Assembly: GCA_050084515.1 (NCBI GenBank)
Contig: CM114271.1
Location: 20,770,001-20,834,000, forward strand
Source of the DNA: Blasia pusilla
Lineage: Eukaryota
DNA length: 64,000 nucleotides
Direction of reading: 5' to 3'
Below the pieces are notes generated by a model. That model was not told where the DNA came from. It saw nothing but the letters and a program-made list of their open reading frames with translations, and did not search any database. Below, piece after piece: positions 11,358 through 23,600 of this stretch. Every line of letters starts with the position of its first letter. The first letter of the stretch is position 1. A program made the position numbers and the translations under genes.

Positions 11358-14300
11358 GCGGTGCATCCTCAATCAACCTTCCTATCATGGGAAACATCCC
11401 TCGATGTAAAATAGTCGCAAACATCTCCTCGCTTATTATTGATTTTCTAGGATACAACCGAGATACTTCCTTACACACCGACATGCAATAATAAATATCT
11501 TCACTAAAGCCAAGGGTTTGGTTTATCTTAAAACGTTACAAGATTTCATGTAAACCTAAGCCCAAAATATCCTCACGATCATGTTCTACTACTATATTCA
11601 TATCAAAAATCCACATATATCCATGTGGAACTACCAATGTCTTCCCCACAAAAAGTATTACATCCCTTAAAAAGATGTTGAGCCTTTTTTAACTCTAAAG
11701 TAAATATTTCTACAAGAGTTGTCTCTACAACGATGGGCTTCTCCTTCAATCTCTCCGAGTGGACATACAATCTCTCCAAGTGAACATCTTGTTGGGCACA
11801 AAATGCATTTAATATCGGCCTCTTTGGCATCAAGTTCTTGGTTTTATGCCTTTGAAACTCTTAGAAATAATCTTTGCAATTCCAAGGTGAAACCATCCAT
11901 ACCCCTCCAAATGTAGGATCTTCTCTTCTCTAATGTAAGTTGGAAAAATCAATTTAGCCATGCCTCTCTTACAACCATGTTTAAAGTCATTCCTCCAATT
12001 GACTCTTTTCCTCTTGTAATTAGCATTGTCACTAGACTCCATTCGGTTATCTCCCGCTCCAATGACTTAGCCCCAATAAACATATAGCTCAGAGGAAGGA
12101 GATAGGAAGATTTTCTACTAAACCAACGAAAGAAATCTAAAGATAGAAATTAGGAAGTACCAAAAGTATAAAAGTCCGTAATGCTACAACAATGGCTCGA
12201 TCATTATACACAAACGTGGTTGATGGAATGGGGGATGTAGGTATTGGTTTTAGCACTCAAAAGGAATATATGCGTGCTTAGTTTATTTTCCGTGACCACC
12301 TCCAAATCCACGTCAAGATGCTAAATAAAGTCAATGAAACAAATATAAATTCGAGACCGTGAATCGAATATTTCAAAATCACCAAACAAGTTTAATGAGA
12401 CGAGCAAATTCCAAACTAAAATGTGAAATAAATTAGAATTTGTTGGAAACACAACAATGAATACAAAAATCCAAGTTGGTCAAAAAAAAATTTAACTATC
12501 TCCAAAGGCATTTATGAAATTTGGGGAGTAATCTAAAATTAATCCTACTCTCAACAGATTTCATTTTCTCGATGGTCTCTTTGTTGCAACTCCCACAACC
12601 TCTAATAGGGCATCTCGACTAACCTCCCTTAGTAAAGAAAATTCCCTAGGCCTCATACATATGGCCAAACTTCCATTAGAGGTCAAATTTTATCTATAGT
12701 CAAGTATGAGCTCTCAAATTTTTGCTAGTCCAATTCTCCATGGCATAGAATTTAGAGAGGCAGCGGCACCTAGACTGGTTCTCAAGTCAAATGGAAAGAT
12801 TTCGCTCCTAAACTAGCTCACATTCCGACGGATCCAGCGTCATAACATTTGATGGTCCTCCGGTGTACTTCAAGAGGAAATGTACGTACTCGTGAATTCA
12901 TGGAAGACCAAATTCAGTCTACATAAACTCGAATAAAAGCCTTGCAGATCGGGTAATCTCTTCATGGTTCGAGCTCGATCCTCGAGGAATGAGCAGTCTA
13001 ACCCTCGGAAACATAAATCAGCGCAACCCTCCTCCTAGTGCTTCGGTATTCTCAATTATGGTGGACAACACTCACAGCGTCGTGAAATGTTTGGATGCAC
13101 TGATTTTCTTGCGGGTATTCTCGAGGAGATTCGCTGGCTCCGATCCTCTTCTAAATGCAGTAGTCCCTGCACGGCTTGCAATCTCATTGAGGTATGTAGC
13201 TTTATAACAAAGAAACCGATCAGCAATGTAGCGTGCTGATAGACACACGCCTGCTCCTACAATCTCTTTCGTGATCGTGCACTCACGCTCCTCCTTCAAT
13301 TACTGCCTAGTCCCGAATTAACTTGAATTGCGCCATCACTCATTCTGATAAAGAGGCTAGATTCCGGAAACCGTGCTTCATAAACCCTGCTACAACTCTG
13401 CTCACAAGCAATTTCCAACTCTATATCAAAAATAGCACAAATCTCGTCCATTTGATACTAAGGAGTTTAGTTGCAACAGCTCGACCGTTTGCTAAACGAA
13501 ATTCCGTCCTGTTCAAGGACGGGTGTTGAAGACTGCAAAGTTCACGTCTTTGAGGTACTCAACTCCTTCCGCAGCGATCCTTCTTTGTGCTACATCGAGT
13601 CAGGAGCAGCCTACAAAGTTTGTGTGCAGCCAGAACTTTACGACCATTCATCTTTCCTCTGGGATTTTCAGTACATTACGCATCAAGTAGGTCAAGGATT
13701 TAAAGAAATTTGGTGGAAACAGCGGTTGGAACCGATTGTGACTGGATTAACAATTACTTTGGCATAGCTTCGTTTTAAAATATTTGTGGCCGCCAGTTTG
13801 CAGCATGCAGATTAAACCCCCAGGAAAAGCAAACGCTCATACCTTCTGTCATGAATCTTTACGACTTTTCTGGCTTCCCCAACTTTCTGGTCATCCATTT
13901 ATGTTACCACATCTTCAGGTCGATCTGGCGATGACAGACTTCCTGTGCTGCGCAGTAATTCCTGAAATTGAGAAACAAGTAGTTGAGATGCAAATTGAGC
14001 TCTGTAAGTAATCCCAATTCAGGCACTAACAGATTTCATCTCATTGTCTATCTGCATCTCAATTACACATCTGTGATTGAGATGCGAAGAGAAAATCGGA
14101 AGACTACTCCTAAATGTGTCGATGCAGTGTCAATAGCCGTGGCTGCTACTTCTCAGGTTCTACTTCTCAATACCGAGTGACTCCCGATTCTGACCTTAGG
14201 ACTACGGGCGTAGATTCTAATCATCAGACTCCGATAGAGGAAATTGTTACCCGCGAATTTTGTGAACTTTCAGCATGTTTCACTATTACATCACACACAT

Positions 14301-14760
14301 GATTCCACCAGAAAAAGTGAAGAAAATTAAAACCCCAGCCCCCCTGGGCCCCCATATCCACTAGAGTTTCACGTATGGCCGTGCGACAATGATGAAACAA
14401 TTCAAATTGTACGTTTTTCTGTTATGTGCGATGTTAACTAGACTCGTCATAACAAACTGTCAGTAAATCGAAGGTAACATAAAATCTTCAGTGAGAAGAA
14501 GAGCTCATGCCATTCGCCGTACATAGTTCTGAACTCTTTCGGTTCCCCATCTCTTTCTGCTCGTTCGTTTGTGGCTGCACAGTTTCCTTGAAAACTAGTA
14601 GAATTTTACTGTAACAGACGGGCCAAAATTAGATTCGTATCAGCATAGTGCAAACGGCTCGTGACGCATGGAGGGAATTTTGTAGAAGCGTGTGCAGTAA
14701 ACCTTGAAATTCAGAACGATAGGATCACAACGATTGAATGTGCTACTTACTTTTCCTTCC

Positions 14761-14842
14761 AGATCTTATGCTCCGGTCACACTGTCCTTCGAGGGTGTGG
14801 AAAGACACCCTCGAAGGACTGTGTGACCGGAGCATAAGATCT
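14761..14842. repeat. 38-bp-stem inverted repeat (one mismatch, 6-nt loop)
   Basis: Arm 14761-14798 pairs with arm 14805-14842, loop GGAAAG, single T:T mismatch. Confidence 0.95.
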
Positions 14843-15102
14843 TCGAGGACGAATCCTGCCTAGATGTAAAATTACATGACGAAAGACCGTCTTAAGATGA
14901 CCCGAAATACTTCGGTTGAGCGTGCTGGTCTCATATGTGACGGCAATTCGAGTATGAAGAAAGTGAATGGCTCTCTGGTTGCATGGGAATAGCGCATCTC
15001 ACGCCCTCAACGCGGTTTCAAAGACGAATCAAGCGCAGAGCCTCGCCAGATCAGGTATTCCCAAATACATCGACACCGCTATTCACCTCACTAGAACTCG
15101 TA

Positions 15103-15196
15103 GTCCATATTTTTCCAAAACCTGGATACGATTTAGACGAGCGGATCCAGGTTTTGGAAAAATATGGACCTGGATCCGCTCGTCTAAATCGTATCC
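15103..15196. repeat. Interleaved double inverted repeat (P-Q-P'-Q')
   Basis: 15103-15127 is the exact reverse complement of 15145-15169 (25 nt). 15124-15152 is the exact reverse complement of 15168-15196 (29 nt). Confidence 0.95.
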
Positions 15197-15872
15197 CCAT
15201 TTCATGTGGACAAACGCAGTAGGAACACCAAAGTAGAAGATCATAACCGTTGGGATCTCTCCCAGAGATGATGATCACAAACTGAATAGGCTCCATCCCA
15301 CTCGTAGTTTGACCGATCAGTATCAGGATCGTCCCAATTCAGTCCTTCTGTAGATGAAAGACTCACCAGGCACCCGAGCAGAGGTCAGAAGAACAAAAAA
15401 CTCCAATTGTCTTGCCTTTGTTCACCACAGCAGAAAATCAAACGATTTGACAAAACAACATGGCAGCCGTAAACTGCTAACAGGTCCTAAGCTATGAGAT
15501 CTAGACTAACCAGAGCAGAATTGACGCTCTCTCACATGCACTACGTTCGTTAACAACCTCCAGATCCTAATGTTTATTTGGACGCAACACTAGATGTTCA
15601 CGCCCGACGTCAGGATCACGAGATTCTCGCTGGCAAATAGGACAAACCAGTCGCTCGAGTGCAATACCGAAACCATGATTCGACTGAAGAATCAGCGCTT
15701 GTGAAGCAGGAACCACTCTCCCGACTCCCATGAACCCCTTTGGAAAGTAAATTAAATGTCAGTAGTGATCGTTTCGTGGTTCCACTCCATGCGCGCTTTC
15801 ATTTTGCGGAGAGGGTTCCAACGGAAATCCTTCCTAGAGCACCGTTCTCCGGAAGAAATAGCGCAGCGCTGA

Positions 15873-16023
15873 CTTTATACGTCTCTCAGATTTCCAGAAT
15901 CATTGTTGCTGCTCTCTAAGGGAATTGGAGAACTTGACGGTGGGACTAGTAAGGTTTCGTAACTACTTAAGAGCACGTGCCAACCTGATTAAATTAGTAA
16001 AAACGTGTCGAAGACGTCACGTA
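15873..16023 (-). promoter_or_regulatory. Candidate leftward Pol II promoter with G-box/ABRE cluster
   Basis: Minus-strand TATAAAG 15873-15879; CACGTG 15974-15979, ACGTGTC 16003-16009, GACGTC/CACGTA 16013-16023. Lies at the boundary between AT-rich DNA and a unique-looking block. Confidence 0.35.
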
Positions 16024-16869
16024 AATTCAAACTTTTATTTAAAAAAATTTTTATTGTTAACATGTGAAGTATTATCTTGCTATCCAAGTGTCAAGTAATA
16101 AGATGGTTTTATGTCAAAAAAAGTGTTTGAAAGTTGGTGTATAATTAGTATTGGGAAGAGATTAATGATGTATAACACATAAATTCAAAAAAATAAATTC
16201 TCTTAGCATGTGAAATATTTTGTTGTTATTCATTTGTCACTTGCCAAACATAGAAGTGTTTGCAAATCAAGAAGGCATTATCCCATAATAATATAGACAT
16301 TTTATGGTCTATGTGTTGGGTTCACTTCCTTTTATATTCAACTTCTCGTGTTATTATTCTTCAAAGGACAGAGAGGATTGGACGAAAGTTGATTCGTAAC
16401 TCTTTCTTGGTATGTCTCCCTTTCATTTCTTTAAACTCCTTTTTTATATAATATAAAAAAGGAAATATAAATTGCTCTCCCCTTGCTTGATCTAGGCTTT
16501 CTAATTGAAAATAAAGTAGGTTTTTAAATCTTTGTAATTCTTATTTTATTGAAAATATATTCTTTTTCCCTTCTTTAAATTTCGAATTTATTTCTCGTCT
16601 CCTTATCTAGTGCCCTTTCATTTTGCAAACACTTTTCTTTTTGACACCTGGCATTTTCAGCCAATAACATTGTTCACTTTGTAAACCAATAGTATCGCTC
16701 AAAATTAATTTTAAAAGGCACTTGAAAACTTTAAGACTTAATTATCCAAGAAAATTGAAACCCATGTATCACACAGGCTTACAATAGTATTCTTTAAAAC
16801 TTCTTAGTCCCATTTTGTGAAAAAATTTAGACCTTTTTCTTTTTCCGTTCCCCATTGGAACCGGCTTTG

Positions 16870-17218
16870 CATAAGCTTTGTAACTACTTACTCATCCCAA
16901 ACGCATCTCAGGTATGAAAGTTATGGTCCAAAATATAGTCAAACCCCATACGCTAGTCACTTTCGAAATTCAAATCTCAACCTCTTTGGTAACCACTCTT
17001 CCTAGACTCCACTTCTCTCAAGTCTTGATTCATGTTTAGTTCAGATTTCATGAGTCGCAACCATAAACAAATAAAACACTCAACTTGCGTCTCACATCCT
17101 ATGTCTCCTTCAAGAGGCTTCTGTTACTTCTCCAATGCGCAACCATCCTAGTGTCAACCCGACCACTAGAGTTTTGATACACCACCTTGGTGCACGCTTG
17201 GCTATAAGGATCATAACA
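16870..17218 (-). mobile_element. Old fragment of the chromovirus LTR family
   Basis: Colinear with 58880-59217 (aagttatgg, acgctagt, ctttggtaacc, cttcctagactc); terminus TGTTATGATCCTTAT resembles TGTCGCGACCCTCAT. Confidence 0.65.
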
Positions 17219-19025
17219 ATTTTTTCCGGAACCCTAATCTCCCCTATTGAAAAATAAAGCCCTCAAGAAAAAAAAATTCTTGCGTAAGAAATCTGAATTT
17301 TTTGCTTTAAAAAAAATCTCTTCCTCATGGATTAATTATAAAGCAATGGACACAATGAAAGTTTAATATTATGTCATGTAGAATAGATTTCGCAATTTTA
17401 GTCACTATAGCCCATATTAATTACTTTCAAATCACATATATTAATCTCAAAGAATCAAGATGTAGACTTTTGTTCTAAATACATATATTAGCAAGGTTAA
17501 AGGGACACTAAAACTTTGGTTGATATTTTTGCACAATAAAAAAAATCCTGATGTAAAAATATAGAGCACTTATGCATGGGCATCCATGGCCCCCGAAATC
17601 ACCAGCACCCTTGGGCCCCTTTTTCCTCCCCCCTTGGACCGTGGTCGGCACATGTCAAGAGCTTGGCATCCAAAATTTTAAATTTTCATAAAATTTTGGT
17701 ATCCAAAATTTTGGTAAAATTTTTTTCATCCAAACCTTGTACCATTATATTGGTAAGAATTTCTTACATGTTCATGTGGTAAACATACACCTTTCCACTA
17801 TAAGCGCATCCTTTAAAAAGATATTAAAATGTGATATATTTTTGCATCATCAAGTTTTGTAAAAGGCCAAGAGATTGAATTCTTTTATTTTGAGATAAAC
17901 TTCTCATAAACATTAATTAACTCAATATTGTCACGCCCAACATGCATCCATTTTACAATCCAAGGAAGGAAGAGTTTCTTATCTTGGAGTATGTAATTCC
18001 CTTTTTTAATTTAGTAATTGATATTATTAGGGGAGAATGCCCTTTAAATTTTACAAGATCCCTCCTTGTGACACCTACCATTTTCAACCATTCCAAATTT
18101 GACACATCAACATCAGCTTTAGGTGACTCACAGTAGACTTTAGAGCTTAATTACGGGGTTGATTTTGGGATCAACTAATTATTGGGTAATTATGGATTAT
18201 TTAAATTGTCCATCATTAACCCATGCATTGCACAAGCATTACCAGTGTAGCTCAAACAGAGGAAACACATACAACTTTAAATTTTAAATAGGAGAGGGGA
18301 ACATATATAGTGATAAATTTTAATAACAAGGGTTCTTATAAGGAATTTAAACGTTTAATTTTCAATTGGAGAAGGGAGAATATATCAGGAATAAATTTTC
18401 AATGAGTGACATGAAGAGAAAAAAATATTAAACTTTTCAATGAGGGCTTTCCAATAATTTTTTAGACGACTGCAGCTTATTATAATATTTAAGCTCCTCA
18501 TAATATTAATTAAATGATATTATTTTATTAAATTTTAAATTCATATATATCGTAAAAAATCTCTAGATTGGAACCGATAAGATCATTGATTATTAAAAAT
18601 TCATCATAAAACTATAAAAATTTCAATGAACAAGAGACCTACTTAACATTTCAACATTCCATAGAACATCCTTACTATTTAAAAAAAAATTTGTTGCAAG
18701 ACAGTTTCTTAATTAAAACTTCAAGTAAACTGACCAAAGAAACCTGTTTTTAAAATAGGGATTGAATATCACCAAAAGTACCCAAAGGCAATCGAAGGCA
18801 TGAAATACTCATCCATATCTCTAGCTAATACTTGTGAATGCTCTAGAAAAAAGGAAAAAATATACTTGCCTCAATTTGAAACAACCTATTTTTCTTTTGT
18901 CCTTCTAACACTCCACCTTCCTTCCTAAAACTTATACTTCCACATAGATAAACAAGTTTGTGTTTAGAACAGACTTGCACCAACATCCTATACTTTCCTC
19001 AACCATGTGGAGAAAGTCATTGAAC

Positions 19026-19661
19026 TTAGTTTGCACATATGTAAGTTCCTCGGGGCAAGAGTTGGAAGGATGAGTGCAAGCTAGCCCTCATTCTCTCATG
19101 GAATTTACATTGCGAAATACTATGGGGCAAGGGTGGGGAGTGCGGACATGGACGGAAAGTAGAAGGAAAAGAGGGCAAGGTTTGACGGAAATGGACAAGT
19201 CTGTCCATGGGCATGTGGACCCTGCGCACGCTATGTGAACGGTCCCTACGGGCCTCCAAACGTTTACAGTGTGCAGACTCTAAACGTTCAATCCTTGCCC
19301 ACATCTGTTTCCACGTCTCTCGCCCCACAGGCGACCAGGATACCAAACATGGATGCATAAAAAGTCCATCCCTAGGAAAACATGGAAGGACAAGTTTAGA
19401 CATGTCCACGGACATAGATTACAAGAGGAGGGGCCCATATATACTTATAGTTTATGATGGAAAATAGGGCAAGGTTGAGTGGGACAATAATGGGGGAGGG
19501 AGTGGAGGTGGAGGGAGGAAGAAATGGGAAACTCGAGAACATGTAGATAAGTGGAGGGGGAGGGGGGAGGGTTAGACCTACAAGAAGGGGTGAGTGGGGC
19601 CCATATGGATAATTCCTTCCATAGGACGGACGTAAGTCCACGGACATGGACATGTTTGTCG
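19026..19661 (+). mobile_element. hAT-type MITE-family sequence interrupted by the Gypsy insertion (resumes at 27873-27904)
   Basis: GGACATGGAC/GTCCA-rich sequence similar to 40464-40759. It continues after 27872 as gccgacacgaactttatccatatgcaacattg, matching the family's right end. The left boundary is uncertain. Confidence 0.7.
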
Positions 19662-20176
19662 TGTCACGTCTTTTAGGATATATCGATGAGATCTAGTAGA
19701 GCGCCTTTGTGAGTAGTGGAGGACAGGCGTAAGAGGTCAAGGATGACTTGCAAAGGCCCTGGGAAACCTGAGAGAGCAGGTTTCCCCTTCGTTTCGGCTC
19801 ATTTGGAGTCATATTGAGGAACTTACTATTTAAGGTAAGTACCATTTTGACTATATGGTCAACTTTCTATTTTTGGTAAGTGGCCCTTGATATCCTACAT
19901 CAGGTTAAGAGCCAAGGAGGTAACTTGGGAGCATAGGCTACCATGGAGAGAGTTTGGGAGAGGGAGGGGTATACCTGAAGGAGAGAGAGCTTGAGAGCTC
20001 ATTCTACCTTTGTTGAACCTCTTGGCATGAGGCGGTGGAACTATGGTCTTGCTTGTCTTGTGTGTGTAACCCAAGCCTCTCATTAGGAGAGTGGATTTGG
20101 TATGATATTGAGAGAGACCTGTGAGAGTGCACACATTTGAGAGCTATGGTGTTGCGAGAAATTGAATCTTGATTTA
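19662..20176 (+). repeat. Repeat A1 (contains putative TATA region and TSS near 20001)
   Basis: Direct repeat of 27227-27744, sharing diagnostic indels (atggtcttgcttg, gaatcttgattta) not found in the copies at 1301 and 30125. Confidence 0.9.
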
Positions 20177-20188
20177 CAAAGAGAGAAC
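20176..20188 (+). promoter_or_regulatory. Putative self-priming primer-binding site
   Basis: ACAAAGAGAGAA(C) is complementary to the family consensus ATTCTCTCTTTGT at the predicted TSS. No TGG-type tRNA PBS is present. Confidence 0.6.
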
Positions 20189-20759
20189 GAGATAAGTGAG
20201 AGAGCTTCATGGGGGAGCTTGCTGGTCACTCGCTGGTTTTGCAGGTTGGGGATCTTTTTTCCCCGCTCAGCAGTTCATGGGAGTGCTCACCGGAGGATGA
20301 GCCGAAGCGGCTCATATTTTATGTTTCCTTTGCCGATTTTTCGTGTGGAAGCGTTGCGCAATTTTTGATAGGTATTGAATATGGGGGGAATTTCCCCATG
20401 CTGGTGCTCTCAAAAGCACCATGTATCTTGTTGATTTTTTTTCCATAGGTTTTACATTTTTGTTGGGAGAGCGTGGAAGTGCTGCCAAATTTTGTGTAGG
20501 AGAAAAAGACGTTGCGCTTTACAACAATCCATGTATATTTTTACTGGAATGTCCGATTAAAAATATTTTTTGACGCCGTCGTAGATCGTGAAGATGTGCA
20601 CGTTGTGCAACAGATAATCTGCAATTTGAAGTGCGAGCAAAAAGTTATGGTCAATCTTGCAAAATTGCCATTGCTAGGCAATTTTTAGGGTAAAATTGTT
20701 CAAACCCTAAACTAGCCGCCGCGCGGACGGCGGCCGTCGCCGCCACAGTCATCGTTTAG

Positions 20760-20948
20760 GAGTTGGTGCGACTCACAACGGGCTAGGAAGTCTCGAGAGT
20801 TCAACCCGTTGACAGCATGGAATAGTATGTTCTAGCATTTATCAACACTCAGTTAGCTGCTATTTTGCAAGCTGGAGTGCGCGTGCAACAGTACATGTAT
20901 GTAGAGGTTGATGATGTTGCGAGGTGTGCTTCACTTCACTATGTAGAA
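20760..20948 (+). pseudogene. C5 cytosine methyltransferase remnant, N-terminal (motif I-II region)
   Basis: From 20841: INTQLAAILQAGVRVQQYMYVEVDDVARCASLH, the pattern that follows the FxGxG motif and includes the acidic motif II. Motif I itself is frameshifted. Confidence 0.6.
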
Positions 20949-21353
20949 AATATGATTCTCAAATGCAAATAATCTATATTAAAAGAAAGAAATAATATAT
21001 TTTACAATAAACATACGTAAAATATTTTTCAATCTTCTTGTAGAATATTAATGGTATCTACATAATAATGGATATACACATATGCTTCCAATATTAGATA
21101 GATATTCTTTCAATACAAAACCCATGTCCATCGCAGAACTCACAATGTAGCACCTTCACTAACATCATGCAAGAAAATTACGTCGTAGACATTATCTATT
21201 GATCCAAGTCCATTGCACATAAAACTGCTCGTAAAGAGTACAAACAAGCCATAAATAGAACTACATATGAGATATCTTGACAATGATGGTATCGCCATCA
21301 TTCTCATGGGAAATCCCATCATGCGCTCTTGTTTCTCAATATTGAGTTCTACA

Positions 21354-21603
21354 TAGGGTTGCACACGCACAAAGTCCGTGATCGTTGACACGTTCATATC
21401 CGCGGATTTATGTTTGTCATACGGATGGACGTGTTTGTGTTGGCTCAGGTATCCGGAAGCCCTCCCACAGACCGCCCTACGGGCCTACCATGGGCCCCGC
21501 AAAGGATGCGGGCTCTGTCAGCCTAGGTGTACGCGCCGGGCTCAGGTGTGGGCTAGGCATGTCTGAGGATATGTCCGCACTTGTCTGTTTCCGTGCAACC
21601 TTG
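21354..21603. mobile_element. hAT-type MITE
   Basis: TIRs TAGGGTTGCA / TGCAACCTTG; perfect 8-bp TSD GTTCTACA (21346-21353, 21604-21611). Confidence 0.9.
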
Positions 21604-21677
21604 GTTCTACAAAATGTTTTCTTATGCCTGATCATCCCAAATCAAACTAGAACATCCCTCCTTGTAAGTATTGGGGA

Positions 21678-23285
21678 AAAGGTTGCATATGGGCAAACTT
21701 TGTATCCGCGTATATGTCAATGTCTATGGACTTTCGTCAGTCCTATAGAAGGACTTGTGTAATGTACAAGAAGTATAAGAATTGATCTTTTTAGAGTTAT
21801 TTAATGAGTTTGATCCCCAAGAGGATCACGATTATGTGAAAAGAGAGTTTAAGTTGGCATTTATCTTGCAATAGTTGTAGTTAAGTGTGTACAATTCGGA
21901 TTCAATCACTGATCTGTCTATCCTTCTCTCCATTAGTTCCAAGATTTCTTTCCTTGATTCTCTCCAGTGGAATTGAATTCACGCTTAGGTAGATCTTCAC
22001 TCAACACCAAAGAACCTTAGAGAGACCTCAACAAGAAGTTGGCTTCTCCTACTTTCGGAACTCAATCCGTCTAGGCAGGCTACTCTCTATCAAACAGACT
22101 TCTTACAACTTGATGTTGAATATTCTAATGATGAAAGTGTTCTCCTGATCCACTCTTCACTCTACAGACCCAATAAGAATTCTCAGACATATGCATCGCA
22201 CATCAGAATGAAGAAATGAGTTCTTTACTACCGCATCAAGGATGAGAAAGCTTCAAAGTGTATACAAGCTTGAGAGGGTACCACTCCCTTGCTCGGACCA
22301 TTCCTACAATATAAGGACTTCGTGAAAGAATGATAAATAAATTCATGCTTCTTAAATATCTTTCAAGGTTGTAGTAGGTCCAAAGATCTGAAGCGTCTCT
22401 TATGAATCTAGTACCTATTGAGAGTTTAAAACTACCTTGATCTACGGTTCTCTTATCTTTTCCTATGATCGCTATGAATCCGCTGGGCTTAAGTGTCCTA
22501 ACTTCCTATCAGGTCCAAAAAGCCACGCCTCTTCCTAGCCTAACTATTCTAACGGTGTGCCGCTTGAAATCACGACAAGTCTTAGTTTCGCTGCGAAGTC
22601 TAGACCTCTTCTTCTTCCTTTGAGGACGAAGCTCTTCCTCTTGGTCTGAGGACGAAGCGCTGCATTCTTCACGTTTGTTCCAAGTGCTTCGTTCTTCGTG
22701 CTTCACTAAAGAGCAAAGTACTTCTTCCTCTTCTTCTTCATCGTGCTTCTTTCAAGAGCGAAGCACTTCATAAATAGGTTCTTAATAAGGCTTCGTTGTC
22801 TTTTCCAAGCTTTTCTCTGAGTCTTTACACTTAATTACTGCATTTCCCTCTCCTCTAAGGCAAGTCCTTGATTTTCCACCTCTCTGCCTTGTCCTAGGAG
22901 CCTCGTGAGCCACTTCAATACTACTCATTCTTCCAATACACAAACATAATATCTTAAAAAATGATGTATATACAAGCTTTACTTCATAGAGTCTTCATTC
23001 CTTGAATCAAAAGGTGCAAATCTCCAAAATTACAAAATTGTGGGTATCACAACTTGTCCACGTGGCCCCATCCCTCACTTCTTTCTCATTCCCCCCATTT
23101 GCCTTTGTGATCCGCACTTTTTGTTTCTTCTTCCTCTCCCCTCCACTCCATCTCCCCTTATTGCCCCACCCTTTGCCTTCCACCATGAACTATAAGTGTG
23201 AGCCCTATCTTTTGCAATCCATGTTTGTGGGCATGTCCAAACTTGTCCATCCAAGGGACAGATTTGTCCATTTTTTGCAACCATG
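21678..23285 (-). mobile_element. hAT-type MITE containing a nested solo LTR
   Basis: TIRs AAAGGTTGCA / TGCAACCATG; perfect 8-bp TSD ATTGGGGA (21670-21677, 23286-23293). Confidence 0.9.
21758..23051. mobile_element. Solo LTR (~1.3 kb) of an unrelated LTR family
   Basis: Ends TGTAAT...ATCACA; perfect 5-bp TSD ACTTG (21753-21757, 23052-23056); host MITE resumes in register. Confidence 0.85.
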
Positions 23286-23469
23286 ATTGGGGATAGGACA
23301 ATCGACTAGTGTGAAGGAGTATTTCTCTTGGCATGCTATCTATAGTATTGACCACACTCAATGGAGGTTGATTATTGGGCTTCATTTCTTTTGATCGATA
23401 TTTGAGATCCAAAATTGGATCTACCAGCAACTTGGATTGAGGGAAGCTCCATCAGTATCGTCCGTTTTT

Positions 23470-23600
23470 GTGACTTGTTATTTGCGTCTACCATTCAGGG
23501 TTACCAGAGTTCCCTACCGAGGGATATTTCATTGTTGGGGGCGCAGGACTTGGAGCGGGTAGGGACCATCGACTTGGTCACTGCTCGTTGGCCATGTCAG
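23470..23600 (+). pseudogene. C5 methyltransferase remnant with motif III and catalytic motif IV
   Basis: LPRDISLLGAQDLERVGTIDLVTARWPCQ matches the DI...D-hhh-G-x-PCQ signature; Pro-Cys codons at 23592-23597. Confidence 0.8.

Larger units (their letters stand above)
21130..23460 (-). pseudogene. C5 methyltransferase remnant, C-terminal part (TRD and motifs IX-X), inverted and interrupted by two MITEs
   Basis: After removing the MITEs the minus strand reads LVDPILD..QPPLSVVN..PR...YKEGCSSLIWD...VELNIEKQERMMGFP (motif IX-like ERxMGFP) and AMDL (motif X-like). Confidence 0.6.

Noticed and set aside
11360-12130. Short minus-strand ORFs upstream of the CRE-like fragment
   Set aside because: No recognisable motif; cannot be assigned.
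14480-14570. GA-rich/TC-rich pair reminiscent of a miR156/529 precursor
   Set aside because: No match to the mature sequences I know, and pairing is poor.
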